A stretch of 64,000 nt of DNA, taken from assembly GCA_043803945.1 (NCBI GenBank), contig JAZDJN010000016.1, forward strand, positions 192,001-256,000, read 5' to 3'. Shown here one piece after another: positions 36,606 through 47,447 of the stretch; positions within the stretch are counted from its first letter, which is position 1, and every line of letters starts with the position of its first letter. The notes under the pieces were generated by a model that was given only the letters and a program-made list of their open reading frames with translations, was not told the origin of the DNA and searched no databases. The DNA comes from a bacterium (lineage in GTDB: Bacteria > Bacteroidota > Ignavibacteria > UBA10030). The position numbers and the translations under genes are program-made.

Positions 36606-39600
36606 TCAGCGCTGAGCTTGCCTATTTTTTTTACTCCCTTTGATAAAGATATAAAACGCATAGTCCTTCGCCTCTGTATTATTTGGATTCAATCGTGATG
36701 CTTGCGTAGCGAAACTGAGCGCATATCCTTCATTCCCCATTTCATTCCAACAGATAGCGAGATTGAGCAGCAACCGATCAAGTTGAATCCTGCTCACATT
36801 CTCACGATCTTCATTCATCTTCAATGCCTTCTCGTAATATACCGCTGCTTGTTTGAATTGCTGAAGGTGAAAATAATAGTCGCCAAGTTTTGAAAAATAG
36901 TAATCCACTGAGTCCTTGGTAAGTCTGATGCATTCCTTCAATAACTGCACCGAAGCTGTGGTGTCAAAGGGCTGAACCGGGCTGCTCAAGTTGCGGAGGG
37001 ATATGAATTTCTTCCAGACATACTTTTCAAGGACAACAGGATCGTGGGGACTTAACTCTACCAGGCGCTGTAAATAGATTAGGCCCTCCTCCTTTTTTTC
37101 CAACCGATCACAGAGATCGACCATCTGCTTAAGGCTTGCTGTATCTTGTGGATGAGCCTGGAGATACTGTACTAATAACGAATAGCCGATCGGTGCGCCT
37201 CCTCGATCGCTTAATGTATGATACCGGATCAGGTTGAGGGCTTCTTCTTCAGTTAAGGCGCGCCTTCGAAGAAGCTTCTTGAAAGCAGTCGGGCTGTCGT
37301 CAAATCTCCAGCGTTCATCGTAGGCGTTCAGCTTTGTGACACCGGCATTGATATAGAATGCCTTCGGTGCACGATATTCCAACAGCGGTTTATCTTCCGT
37401 ATTGAATTCTCCATAGTTTGCATACTCCGAGAGGCCTCGTTCAGAGATCGCCTGGAGAGAGAGAAATGTGGCTACATCATTCACATGCAATCGCCGAAGA
37501 TCATCCCGCACCGCCGGAATGGATATTTTCTTTTGAAGCTCCTCCTCTGTTATTTCGATTGGTTCGTTTGATCCAATAAGGATAACATCTTTGGTTAAGG
37601 AATACCAGAGACTGGTGTTCGGAAAAACGGAAGAGAATGTTCGAACGACTAATCGAAAAGTCTCATCATCCATTTCGTACAGATAGAACCATTGTACCAT
37701 CAATCCGTTCGGTTTCATTCTCGTTTTACATTCTTGAAAAAATTCAATCGTGTAAAGGCTTCCGATACCGGCAATCCATGGATTCGAAGGTTCACTGACA
37801 ATTACATCGTAGCTGGAATTTGAGAGTTTGAGAAATGAAAGGGCATCATCAATAAAAATTTTGGAGCGCGGATCGCTCAGTGGTTTTCCGTTGACATGTT
37901 CAAAATGTTTTGAGGCATCGATGACCTCAGCGGAAATCTCCACTGTTTGTACGGACTTCACAGGGTGTGTTAAGATACTCCCGATTGTTGCTCCACTGCC
38001 AAATCCAATGACCATCACGGAATCCGGTTTCGGGTGGATCATCATTGGAATCTGGCCAAGCAGTACCTGGGTGGGAAGGTCAACGGTCGACGATGCATCG
38101 GCTTTTCCGTTAATGATCAGGACGTTTTGAAAATCAATCGGTGTTCCCTCCTGGAGAACGCCGACTGTCGCCATCGTACCCTCTTTGTAATACACAATTT
38201 TATTCCGCCGAATGGTATTCACAAATTCTGTATAGGAAGCAGGAGGTGCACTTTTTCTGGTTAAGTTGCGAAAGACACCTGAGAGAGTGACAATTTGATT
38301 CCAATCAGCCGTAAGGTAGATAAAGATGAGAACGGCAGTAATGATCGACGTCGTTTGAAATTTCCTTCGCTTGATCGATATACGGGGATCATGGAATAAG
38401 AGCAGGACTCCGCTGAGTATATTGATTAAGAGGCCAACCTCGATGGAATGCCGGACACCAATCAACGGGATGAGAATCAATCCTCCCGCCAAGGAGCCCA
38501 GAACAGTTCCAAGCGTGTTGATAGAAAAAACCGTGCCGACCATCCGGCCTAAAATCTTGATATCGCTTGTGGCAATTCTGCTGGCAATCGGCAAACTCAT
38601 CCCGAGAAAGATTGTGGGAACGATCATGATGAGAAAGCCGACAAAGAATTGAAGCGTCAGGAAAATCGGATATGTTGCTTCTGTCCTGTTGAGAGCATAG
38701 CCCACATGCCAGAAAGCATAGGGCACATAGCCGTAGAGAGGCAGGGACATTACCATGGAAATCCCAATGGCGAATTGGCACGAAGTAAGAAGATTGAAGA
38801 GGTTCTTCACTTTATGAATGATCTTCGATACAATGAGACTGCCGATTGTGATACCTGAAATAAAAGCAATGAGGAGAAGCGTATACGAATACGTGGATGA
38901 ACCGAGGATAGGAATAAGCAAGCGCAACCAGGTTACTTCATAGATCATTGAAGCAAGGCCTGAGAGGCCTGCGACCAGAATCGCCAATGTAATTTGCCGC
39001 TCGGAATAAGTCGTCTCTTCTGATTCCGCTTGGTCTAATTCCTCCCGGGCTGCCATCTGCAATTTTGAGATCAACAATGCGATTACTCCGACTCCGATAT
39101 TGATAACGCCTGCCGCGATGATCGTTCCTTTCAATCCCACAAGAGGCACCAGGAAGAATCCGCCTAGCATTGACCCAACCACAGCTCCAAAACTATTCAG
39201 AAAGTAAAGAAGTGCAACATTTTTTCCGGACTCATTAATGCTCTTTGAGAGAAATCGGACGAGTACCGGCAATGTCCCTCCCATGAGAATCGTTGGAAGG
39301 AGGAGTGTCACTACACTGATGAGTAATTTGAGGATTAATACACCAAACGAGTCGCTTGCCAGATTTGCTCCCTGAGCAATACTGATGAAAACTCCTTTGA
39401 GCGATGAAATCAAGAATGGATAAAGGAGGCAGTAGATTCCGATCAGGATTTCAAGAATCGCATACAGGCGAAGCGGATTCCGGGAGCTGTCTGATTTTCT
39501 CCCCCAGAGCGATGCCCCTATCGCCAATCCTCCCATAAATGTTGCCAGAACAACCGTTTGCGCATAGGTGGTATTTCCAAGGAACAATGAGAGATATTTA

Positions 39601-39686
39601 AACCAGACAATCTGGTAGACCAGTCCTGAAGCACCGGAGACGATGAACAGAATTGCGATAATTGAATAGAGACTGCTTTTCTTCAT
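36606..39686 (-). CDS. Fused MFS-like membrane domain / spermidine-synthase-like domain with C-terminal TPRs
   Basis: SGASGLVYQIVW twice-repeated membrane module; VIGFGSG, VEIS, DVIVSEPSNPW, NTEDKPLLEY; TPR-like helices; start at MKKSSL. Confidence 0.88.
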   Translation of the reverse strand: MKKSSLYSIIAILFIVSGASGLVYQIVWFKYLSLFLGNTTYAQTVVLATFMGGLAIGASLWGRKSDSSRNPLRLYAILEILIGIYCLLYPFLISSLKGVFISIAQGANLASDSFGVLILKLLISVVTLLLPTILMGGTLPVLVRFLSKSINESGKNVALLYFLNSFGAVVGSMLGGFFLVPLVGLKGTIIAAGVINIGVGVIALLISKLQMAAREELDQAESEETTYSERQITLAILVAGLSGLASMIYEVTWLRLLIPILGSSTYSYTLLLIAFISGITIGSLIVSKIIHKVKNLFNLLTSCQFAIGISMVMSLPLYGYVPYAFWHVGYALNRTEATYPIFLTLQFFVGFLIMIVPTIFLGMSLPIASRIATSDIKILGRMVGTVFSINTLGTVLGSLAGGLILIPLIGVRHSIEVGLLINILSGVLLLFHDPRISIKRRKFQTTSIITAVLIFIYLTADWNQIVTLSGVFRNLTRKSAPPASYTEFVNTIRRNKIVYYKEGTMATVGVLQEGTPIDFQNVLIINGKADASSTVDLPTQVLLGQIPMMIHPKPDSVMVIGFGSGATIGSILTHPVKSVQTVEISAEVIDASKHFEHVNGKPLSDPRSKIFIDDALSFLKLSNSSYDVIVSEPSNPWIAGIGSLYTIEFFQECKTRMKPNGLMVQWFYLYEMDDETFRLVVRTFSSVFPNTSLWYSLTKDVILIGSNEPIEITEEELQKKISIPAVRDDLRRLHVNDVATFLSLQAISERGLSEYANYGEFNTEDKPLLEYRAPKAFYINAGVTKLNAYDERWRFDDSPTAFKKLLRRRALTEEEALNLIRYHTLSDRGGAPIGYSLLVQYLQAHPQDTASLKQMVDLCDRLEKKEEGLIYLQRLVELSPHDPVVLEKYVWKKFISLRNLSSPVQPFDTTASVQLLKECIRLTKDSVDYYFSKLGDYYFHLQQFKQAAVYYEKALKMNEDRENVSRIQLDRLLLNLAICWNEMGNEGYALSFATQASRLNPNNTEAKDYAFYIFIKGSKKNRQAQR

Positions 39687-39724
39687 AGAATTTCCTTCGT
39701 TAATAAAAACCTCGACATTGCCTC

Positions 39725-40699
39725 TCACTTATCTTTTTCATCAGTGCCACAGGGGCCGTTATAATCTTTCATTAACAGTTCAACCAGGTGATATGGTGTA
39801 ATCTCACGTTTGAAGATCCTCGTCAGAGAGCTGCTGAGATTTGATGATCTCTCTTCATTCCAGAAATCGATATGGAGCCGGTCATGAATGATCTCCTTAA
39901 TACGATGTTCGATCCGCTGAATTCTTCTGAGTTCAAAAGTTCCGGATGAGAGCAGGAAGTCATGATGGCGTTTGATTTGCAGCGCGATCTCTTCAATTCC
40001 GATGCCCTCATTTGCTTGAGCCTTGACGATTGACGGTAACCAGCTTTTCACCTCATGAGGCCGTAACCCAAGAATGAGTTGAATGGAATTAATCGCCTGA
40101 TCTGCACCCGGCCGATCGGACTTGTTCAGTACAAAGAAATCGGCAATCTCCATCAAACCGGCTTTCATCGCCTGAATCCCATCACCTGACTCCGGAACAA
40201 GCACGACTACAGTGGTATCAGCGGCGCCCGCAATGTCCAATTCAGACTGACCAACTCCTACTGTTTCCAGCATTACAACATCATGGCCGGTTGCATCGAG
40301 AATATCCGCGGCTTCCTTTGCCTTTTTACTGAGCCCACCGAGACTTCCCCGCGATGCCATGCTCCGGATGAAGACACCTTGATCGAGATCGATATCGGTC
40401 ATTCGAACACGGTCACCGAGCAACGCACCTCCGGTGAATGGGCTTGTAGGATCGACGGCAATGATGCCGACAGTGTTCCCCTGAGATCGATAATACTTCG
40501 CGAGCTTATTCGTCAATGTACTCTTCCCTGCTCCCGGAGGTCCAGTAATTCCGATACGATAGGCCGAACCGGTGTGGGGATAGATCGCCGAGAGAATTTC
40601 GACGGTATGCTGTGTACCATTTTCAACCTCCGAAATTGCGCGTGCAATTGCCCGGCGGTCTTTTCGAAGTAATGATTGAATAAATGAATCAAAGGCCAT
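39725..40699 (-). CDS. meaB: Methylmalonyl-CoA mutase-associated GTPase MeaB/ArgK
   Basis: GITGPPGAGKST, DPTSPFTGGALLGDRVRM, ETVGVGQSE, NKSD. Confidence 0.94.
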   Translation of the reverse strand: MAFDSFIQSLLRKDRRAIARAISEVENGTQHTVEILSAIYPHTGSAYRIGITGPPGAGKSTLTNKLAKYYRSQGNTVGIIAVDPTSPFTGGALLGDRVRMTDIDLDQGVFIRSMASRGSLGGLSKKAKEAADILDATGHDVVMLETVGVGQSELDIAGAADTTVVVLVPESGDGIQAMKAGLMEIADFFVLNKSDRPGADQAINSIQLILGLRPHEVKSWLPSIVKAQANEGIGIEEIALQIKRHHDFLLSSGTFELRRIQRIEHRIKEIIHDRLHIDFWNEERSSNLSSSLTRIFKREITPYHLVELLMKDYNGPCGTDEKDK

Positions 40700-40701
40700 A
40701 A

Positions 40702-42000
40702 TTATTGCTTCGGCGTTAAATGTTTCAATGCCTTTTTGCCAATGTCGCTTCGGTAGTATGCTCCATCAAAGGTCACTTTCCCCACGACGCGATATGCCGT
40801 CTCAATGGTCTGAGGAAGGTCAGCGGCGTATCCAATTGCCGTCACTCCGAGAACTCTCCCACCCGATGTCTCAACACGCTCTCCAGCAGATCGGGTACCG
40901 GAATGGAAGATTGCCACACCCTCTTCCGGTTTCGCTGACTCCAAACCAATTATTTCCTTGCCCGTTTCATAGTCATCCGGATACCCGCGGGAAGCCATCA
41001 CAACACAAACCGCAGAGGCATCGTGGAGTGGGACCGGTTGACCATTCAATCTTCCTTCTGCTGCCGAGAGCAGTAGCTGCGCGAAGTCAGCATCGATCAA
41101 TGGGATGACGACCTGAGCTTCAGGATCTCCAAAGCGGCAATTATATTCGACAACCTTAGGGCTTCCATCGGTGATCATCAATCCGCAGTAAAGACATCCT
41201 TTATAGGGAGTTCCTAACTCCTGCATTCCTTTGAGGGTGGGTGCAATGACCTCCTCTTCAATGCGTTTCATTAACTCAGGGGTCACGATCGGAGCCGGAG
41301 CATAAGCTCCCATGCCACCGGTATTCTTCCCCATATCATTGTCGAAAATTCTTTTATGATCCTGTGCTGCGGCAAGTGTCGTGAATCGAACACCGTCGGT
41401 AATAGCAAAGACGGAAGCTTCCTCTCCAGCCATGTATTCTTCGATCACGACGCGTTCACCTGCTGTTCCAAATATCTTACGGACCATCAGGTCTTCGATC
41501 GCAACACACGCTTCATCCTGAGTGGAACAGATGAGCACGCCCTTCCCCGCTGCCAATCCATCAGCTTTGACGACACAGGGAACTTGATGCGATCTGATAT
41601 ACGCTTCTGCATCGGAGCGTTGGTTGTTAGTAAAGATGGCAAACCGCGCCGTTGGAATATGGAACATCGCCATAAACTCTTTTGCAAAAACCTTGCTCCC
41701 CTCCAATGCTGCAGCAGCTTTACTCGGCCCGAAGATTTTTAGGTGATGTGACTCAAAGAGATCGACAATTCCCTGTACAAGCGGCTGTTCAGGCCCGACG
41801 ATCGTTAAATCGATTGCATTCTCCTGTACGAATCTCAGAATCCCGGCATGGTCATTGAGTGTGAGCGGGACAAGTTGTGCGATTTGACCGATGCCGGCAT
41901 TTCCGGGAGCGACAAAGAGTCGTTGGACCAGTGGGCTTTGCCGTAATTTCCATGCAATGACATGTTCACGGCCGCCAGATCCCAACACGAAGACATTCAT
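40702..42000 (-). CDS. purD: Phosphoribosylamine--glycine ligase
   Basis: GSGGREH, LEGSK.FAK, KADGLAAGKGV, NTGGMGAY, RFGDPE. Confidence 0.97.
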   Translation of the reverse strand: MNVFVLGSGGREHVIAWKLRQSPLVQRLFVAPGNAGIGQIAQLVPLTLNDHAGILRFVQENAIDLTIVGPEQPLVQGIVDLFESHHLKIFGPSKAAAALEGSKVFAKEFMAMFHIPTARFAIFTNNQRSDAEAYIRSHQVPCVVKADGLAAGKGVLICSTQDEACVAIEDLMVRKIFGTAGERVVIEEYMAGEEASVFAITDGVRFTTLAAAQDHKRIFDNDMGKNTGGMGAYAPAPIVTPELMKRIEEEVIAPTLKGMQELGTPYKGCLYCGLMITDGSPKVVEYNCRFGDPEAQVVIPLIDADFAQLLLSAAEGRLNGQPVPLHDASAVCVVMASRGYPDDYETGKEIIGLESAKPEEGVAIFHSGTRSAGERVETSGGRVLGVTAIGYAADLPQTIETAYRVVGKVTFDGAYYRSDIGKKALKHLTPKQ

Positions 42001-42010
42001 CTCGATACTC

Positions 42011-43315
42011 CTAGGATTTATTTAAGGCATTCTGATCAATATCCATCAACGATTCAAAGAGTTTCGCCAATTCACCCGTCAGGACGCGACGGTCATATCG
42101 CTTGGCGAACTCCACCGGAATTTGTTCAAGTTGGTTCTTCTCAAATTTCGAAAAATTCTCAAGGATCGCCGCTTCGTGAGCCTTTACATCTTTCAGCGGA
42201 ATGCAATTGCCCGCCCCTGATTCAAGCATGAGTTGGCGGAGATGTCCATCAGGTACCGCAGCTAGAATAGGTTTTCGCGTGCCGATGTATTCGTACAGTT
42301 TTCCGGGAGACTGGAAGTTGTTATCCAAGACAATCCAGAGAAGATCTGACAGCAGCAGTTGCCGAATACACTCCCGATGCTCCAGATAACCGAGGAAGCA
42401 GACATCATTCTGAATTCCCAGTTTATTGACGAGAAACCGGTCTTCATCGCGTGGATTCCCTGCAAGCATGAGTTCGATTCGCCCGCGCAACTGAGGCTGG
42501 TAATTGAAGATATTCCGGAGTGCATGGAAAAAGACGGAAGGATCGCGCCCAGCATAAAATGTTCCGGCATGTGCAATCCGCATCTTCTTCTTCGTGGTCG
42601 AACGATCGATTGTGATTGAATCAAAATCTTCTGGGTCATAGCCCTGGGGTATGATCGTCACATCCTGATAATCCAGCGCCGGGTAATGTTTCAGAATGCT
42701 CTCTTTGACTCTTCTCAGTGTCACAATCACTCGATCACAGGAATGCAGTACTCTCCGTTCCATTCGATAATGAATATAACGATGCAGGGGCGTTGGATAG
42801 TACTTGAAGGGGTAATCGAGCCAGGCATCACGGTAATCGAGCACGAGCGGGATGCGGAATTCTTTCTTAAGAGTTTCTCCGATGAGAAAATCTGTCTGTG
42901 GCGGCGCCGTCGCGAACAGGAGATCAAACCCTCCGTGTTGCAGAAGCACTCTGGCCGCTTTCAGAGCATTGGGTTTCCATCCAATTTTTGTATCTGGAAA
43001 GAAAAATGTGTCGCCCAGGAATTGAAAGACCTTTCGCATCCGCTCAGAGGGCATTTTAACCACACCCTGTTTCTTGAGTATTCGGTTAACGTCGTAGGAT
43101 GACGCACGAACGATGCCGATACCCCGTTCTTCGACCTCCGTCAAGAGAGAAGCATCGGTAGCAAAATAACCCGTTGGAGTCACAGTGAGGACGGTCGGTT
43201 TCCATCCATACTGTGAGAGATACTTCACAAACTTTACTGTCCGTTGTACGCCGCTCAATCCCATCGGGGGAAAGTAATAGGCGATGACAAGAACCCTTCG
43301 ACAATCATCTCTCAT
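42011..43315 (-). CDS. Glycosyltransferase family 4-like
   Basis: IAYYFPP...GVQR..KFVKYL, DYRDAW, PGKLYEY. Confidence 0.88.
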   Translation of the reverse strand: MRDDCRRVLVIAYYFPPMGLSGVQRTVKFVKYLSQYGWKPTVLTVTPTGYFATDASLLTEVEERGIGIVRASSYDVNRILKKQGVVKMPSERMRKVFQFLGDTFFFPDTKIGWKPNALKAARVLLQHGGFDLLFATAPPQTDFLIGETLKKEFRIPLVLDYRDAWLDYPFKYYPTPLHRYIHYRMERRVLHSCDRVIVTLRRVKESILKHYPALDYQDVTIIPQGYDPEDFDSITIDRSTTKKKMRIAHAGTFYAGRDPSVFFHALRNIFNYQPQLRGRIELMLAGNPRDEDRFLVNKLGIQNDVCFLGYLEHRECIRQLLLSDLLWIVLDNNFQSPGKLYEYIGTRKPILAAVPDGHLRQLMLESGAGNCIPLKDVKAHEAAILENFSKFEKNQLEQIPVEFAKRYDRRVLTGELAKLFESLMDIDQNALNKS

Positions 43316-44382
43316 AGTCTGATCAACTCTTTTGTGGCGGTATTCAAAATTTCAATTGTCGATTCTCTTATCACTATGTCATCTTCGATTCTCACGCCAC
43401 CAAAACCAGGGATGTACACGCCAGGTTCAATGGTCAGCACATTGCCAGCCGCCAGGATGTCGTTACTGAAAGACGACACTTTTGGCAATTCGTGAACCTG
43501 AAGTCCAATGCCGTGTCCAAGGGAATGTGTGAAGTATTTTGCCATGCTGTGACGTCGGAGATCTCGCCGTGCAATCTGATCGAGTGTCTTTGCCGGCATT
43601 CCCTCATGCGCAGACTCTATTGCCTGTTCTTGGGCATGACGAACAGTATGATAAATCGTTTTCGCCTCCGAGGATGCTCTGCCAAGTGCAATAGTTCGTG
43701 TGAGATCGCTGTGATATCCATCGACCCTGCAGCCGAAATCCAGCACAACAAGTTCACCCCTCCTCAGAATTTTTGAGGAAGAACGTGCATGCGGCAAAGC
43801 GCTGCGCACGCCACTGGCAACAATCGGCTCAAATGCATCGGCCTCTGCGCCAAATTTCTTATGAAAGTAGCTGATTTCAGCAGCGATATCAAGTTCACTC
43901 ATACCATCCTTGATGATTCCCAGAATCTTCTCCCAAACACGATCGGTGATGTTCACAGCTTTTCGTATGCTCGAAATCTCACTTTCGTCTTTAATCGCCA
44001 TCTGCTCATCAACAAGAGAGCCAACTGGAATATATTGAACACGAGGGAATACCGATTTCATATTCTCAAACGTTATGAGAGTGACATATTGGCTCTGAAT
44101 TCCGATCCTCATCTTCGTTTTGGCGGGAATTTTTACTGCCATAGCTTGTATGAGACTCCCTTTTGTAATCAGGAGAGAATATCCCGAAGTCTCTTGCCGT
44201 ATTTGCTCACGATATCGACCATCGGTAACAAGATATTGATTCGATGGTGAGATGAAACACATGGCATGAGAGCCTGAAAATCCTGAGAGATACCTGATAT
44301 GCGGCAGTGAGGTGAGTAACAGCGCATCGATCTTCAAAACTTCACATCGTCTTAGTAACGTTTCAATGCGGTGTCTATACAT
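43312..44382 (-). CDS. Xaa-Pro aminopeptidase (M24 family)
   Basis: TDGRY.EQ, ALPH, DFG...GY.SDLTRT, HSLGHGIGLQVHE, EPGVY, GVRIED. Confidence 0.93.
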   Translation of the reverse strand: MYRHRIETLLRRCEVLKIDALLLTSLPHIRYLSGFSGSHAMCFISPSNQYLVTDGRYREQIRQETSGYSLLITKGSLIQAMAVKIPAKTKMRIGIQSQYVTLITFENMKSVFPRVQYIPVGSLVDEQMAIKDESEISSIRKAVNITDRVWEKILGIIKDGMSELDIAAEISYFHKKFGAEADAFEPIVASGVRSALPHARSSSKILRRGELVVLDFGCRVDGYHSDLTRTIALGRASSEAKTIYHTVRHAQEQAIESAHEGMPAKTLDQIARRDLRRHSMAKYFTHSLGHGIGLQVHELPKVSSFSNDILAAGNVLTIEPGVYIPGFGGVRIEDDIVIRESTIEILNTATKELIRL

Positions 44383-44393
44383 TCTGTCCGAAA

Positions 44394-45869
<1,476 letters not shown>

Positions 45870-45885
45870 CTAAAGTGTTGAGTCA

Positions 45886-47055
45886 TTATTCAAAAGCCGG
45901 GAAGTCTGTAATGTCCTCCCCCACAATCAATGTATGCATTTCGTGGGTACCTTCATACGTTTTAACAGATTCCAGATTTGCAGAATGACGCATGATAGGA
46001 TACTCACTGAGAATGCCATTCGCACCAAGAATCTCGCGGGCCATGCGGGCAATTTCAAGCGCATGGAAAACATTATTGCGTTTTGCCATCGAAATCTGTG
46101 TGTATTTTGCTTTACCGGCATCCTTTAAGCGACCCAGTTGAACACAGAGCAATTGTCCTTTCGTTATCTCACTCACCATATAGACAAGCTTTTCCTGAGT
46201 CAACTGGAATGCAGCAATGGGTTTGCCGAATTGAATCCTGCTTTTTGAATAGTCAAGCGCCGTTTGATAACAAGCCATTGCCGCCCCGAGCGTTCCCCAG
46301 GCTATGCCATATCGCGCTTGTGAAAGACACTGGAGAGGCGATTTGAGACCTTCTGATTTAGCAAGTATATGAGTATCAGGAATAAAACAATCTTCAAAGA
46401 CCAACTCAGAGGTAATAGAAGCCCGGAGGGAATGTTTGCCTGTTATCTCGGGTGCTGAAAAACCTTTCATCCCCTTCTCAACAAGAAATCCCCTTATCAT
46501 GCCATCCAACTTCGCCCAAACAATTGCGACATCGGCAATGCTCCCGTTGGTTATCCACATTTTAGTGCCGTTGAGAAGATAGCCTCCATCCATTTTCTCT
46601 GCTCGCGTACGAAGCCCACCTGGATTTGAGCCAAAATCAGGTTCAGTCAATCCAAAGCAACCAATAGCCAATCCGGTGGCGAGTTTGGGAAGCCAGAAAT
46701 CTTTCTGTTTTTCGGAACCAAATGTGTAAATGGGATACATCACAAGCGAACTTTGAACTGAGACAAAGCTTCGGATGCCGCTGTCACCCCGCTCCAATTC
46801 CTGCATGACCAACCCATAAGCAACATTATTCATCCCGGCACAGCCATATTCCTGCGGTAAAGTCGCCCCAAATAATCCCAATTCTGCCATCTTTGAGATT
46901 AATGTATGTGGGAATACACCCTCCAGATAATGTTTTTCAATGATGGGGATGATATTCTGCTCAGTAAATTCCCGCACTGTGCTCCGAACGAGAACCTCTT
47001 CCTCGCTCAATAGCTCGTCAATACTAAAGTAATCCACACCGGGGAATTTCGACAT
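45886..47055 (-). CDS. Acyl-CoA dehydrogenase, glutaryl-CoA dehydrogenase type
   Basis: ELERGDSG.RS..SVQSSL, GCFGLTEPDFGSNP, ARYGIAWG, TYEGTH. Confidence 0.88.
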   Translation of the reverse strand: MSKFPGVDYFSIDELLSEEEVLVRSTVREFTEQNIIPIIEKHYLEGVFPHTLISKMAELGLFGATLPQEYGCAGMNNVAYGLVMQELERGDSGIRSFVSVQSSLVMYPIYTFGSEKQKDFWLPKLATGLAIGCFGLTEPDFGSNPGGLRTRAEKMDGGYLLNGTKMWITNGSIADVAIVWAKLDGMIRGFLVEKGMKGFSAPEITGKHSLRASITSELVFEDCFIPDTHILAKSEGLKSPLQCLSQARYGIAWGTLGAAMACYQTALDYSKSRIQFGKPIAAFQLTQEKLVYMVSEITKGQLLCVQLGRLKDAGKAKYTQISMAKRNNVFHALEIARMAREILGANGILSEYPIMRHSANLESVKTYEGTHEMHTLIVGEDITDFPAFE

Positions 47056-47129
47056 TTAAAGCCCCTCAGGAGGGATAAGGAATGATTTATAAAACCTAGG
47101 TGTGAATTATTCTCTCTTCTCCCAATGAA

Positions 47130-47158
47130 AAAATACTCAAGAAAGGCTGAAAAGTCAA
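47130..47158 (-). promoter_or_regulatory. sigma70-type promoter for the acyl-CoA dehydrogenase/guaB operon
   Basis: TTGACT-N17-TATTTT. Confidence 0.6.
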
Positions 47159-47184
47159 GGTAAGCTGGAATAGTGCTGAGATGA

Positions 47185-47310
47185 TAAAATGAAGAGCCAG
47201 TTTCTCGATCGACCCCACCATAGGTGACCGATGACTGGCTCATCAAGAAGGAGGTAGCTACTTTTGAAGTGCTCCATATTTTTAGACGCTGGAAAGGGAA
47301 AAAAGTTGCA
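47185..47310 (-). ncRNA. Candidate ECF-sigma-dependent small RNA (promoter included in the coordinates)
   Basis: TGCAAC-N16-CGTCTAA promoter-like motif; ACCTCCTT anti-SD; GAGCCAGT/ACTGGCTC hairpin followed by a U-rich tail. Confidence 0.45.
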
Positions 47311-47447
47311 TCGAGGAATATAAATATCTTAAAGAGAACTCCATCTTGTTCGATCAGGTTTTCGAATCGTTGATCAGTACTGACAGAGGAGAGATTTGGC
47401 ATTTAATGAAGATGCATCGCTAAGTTCCATGCGATAAAACATCCCGA

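Noticed and set aside
47007-47402. 131-aa minus-strand ORF in the intergenic region
   Set aside because: No recognisable motifs; it runs across two promoters and a hairpin and overlaps the next gene out of frame.
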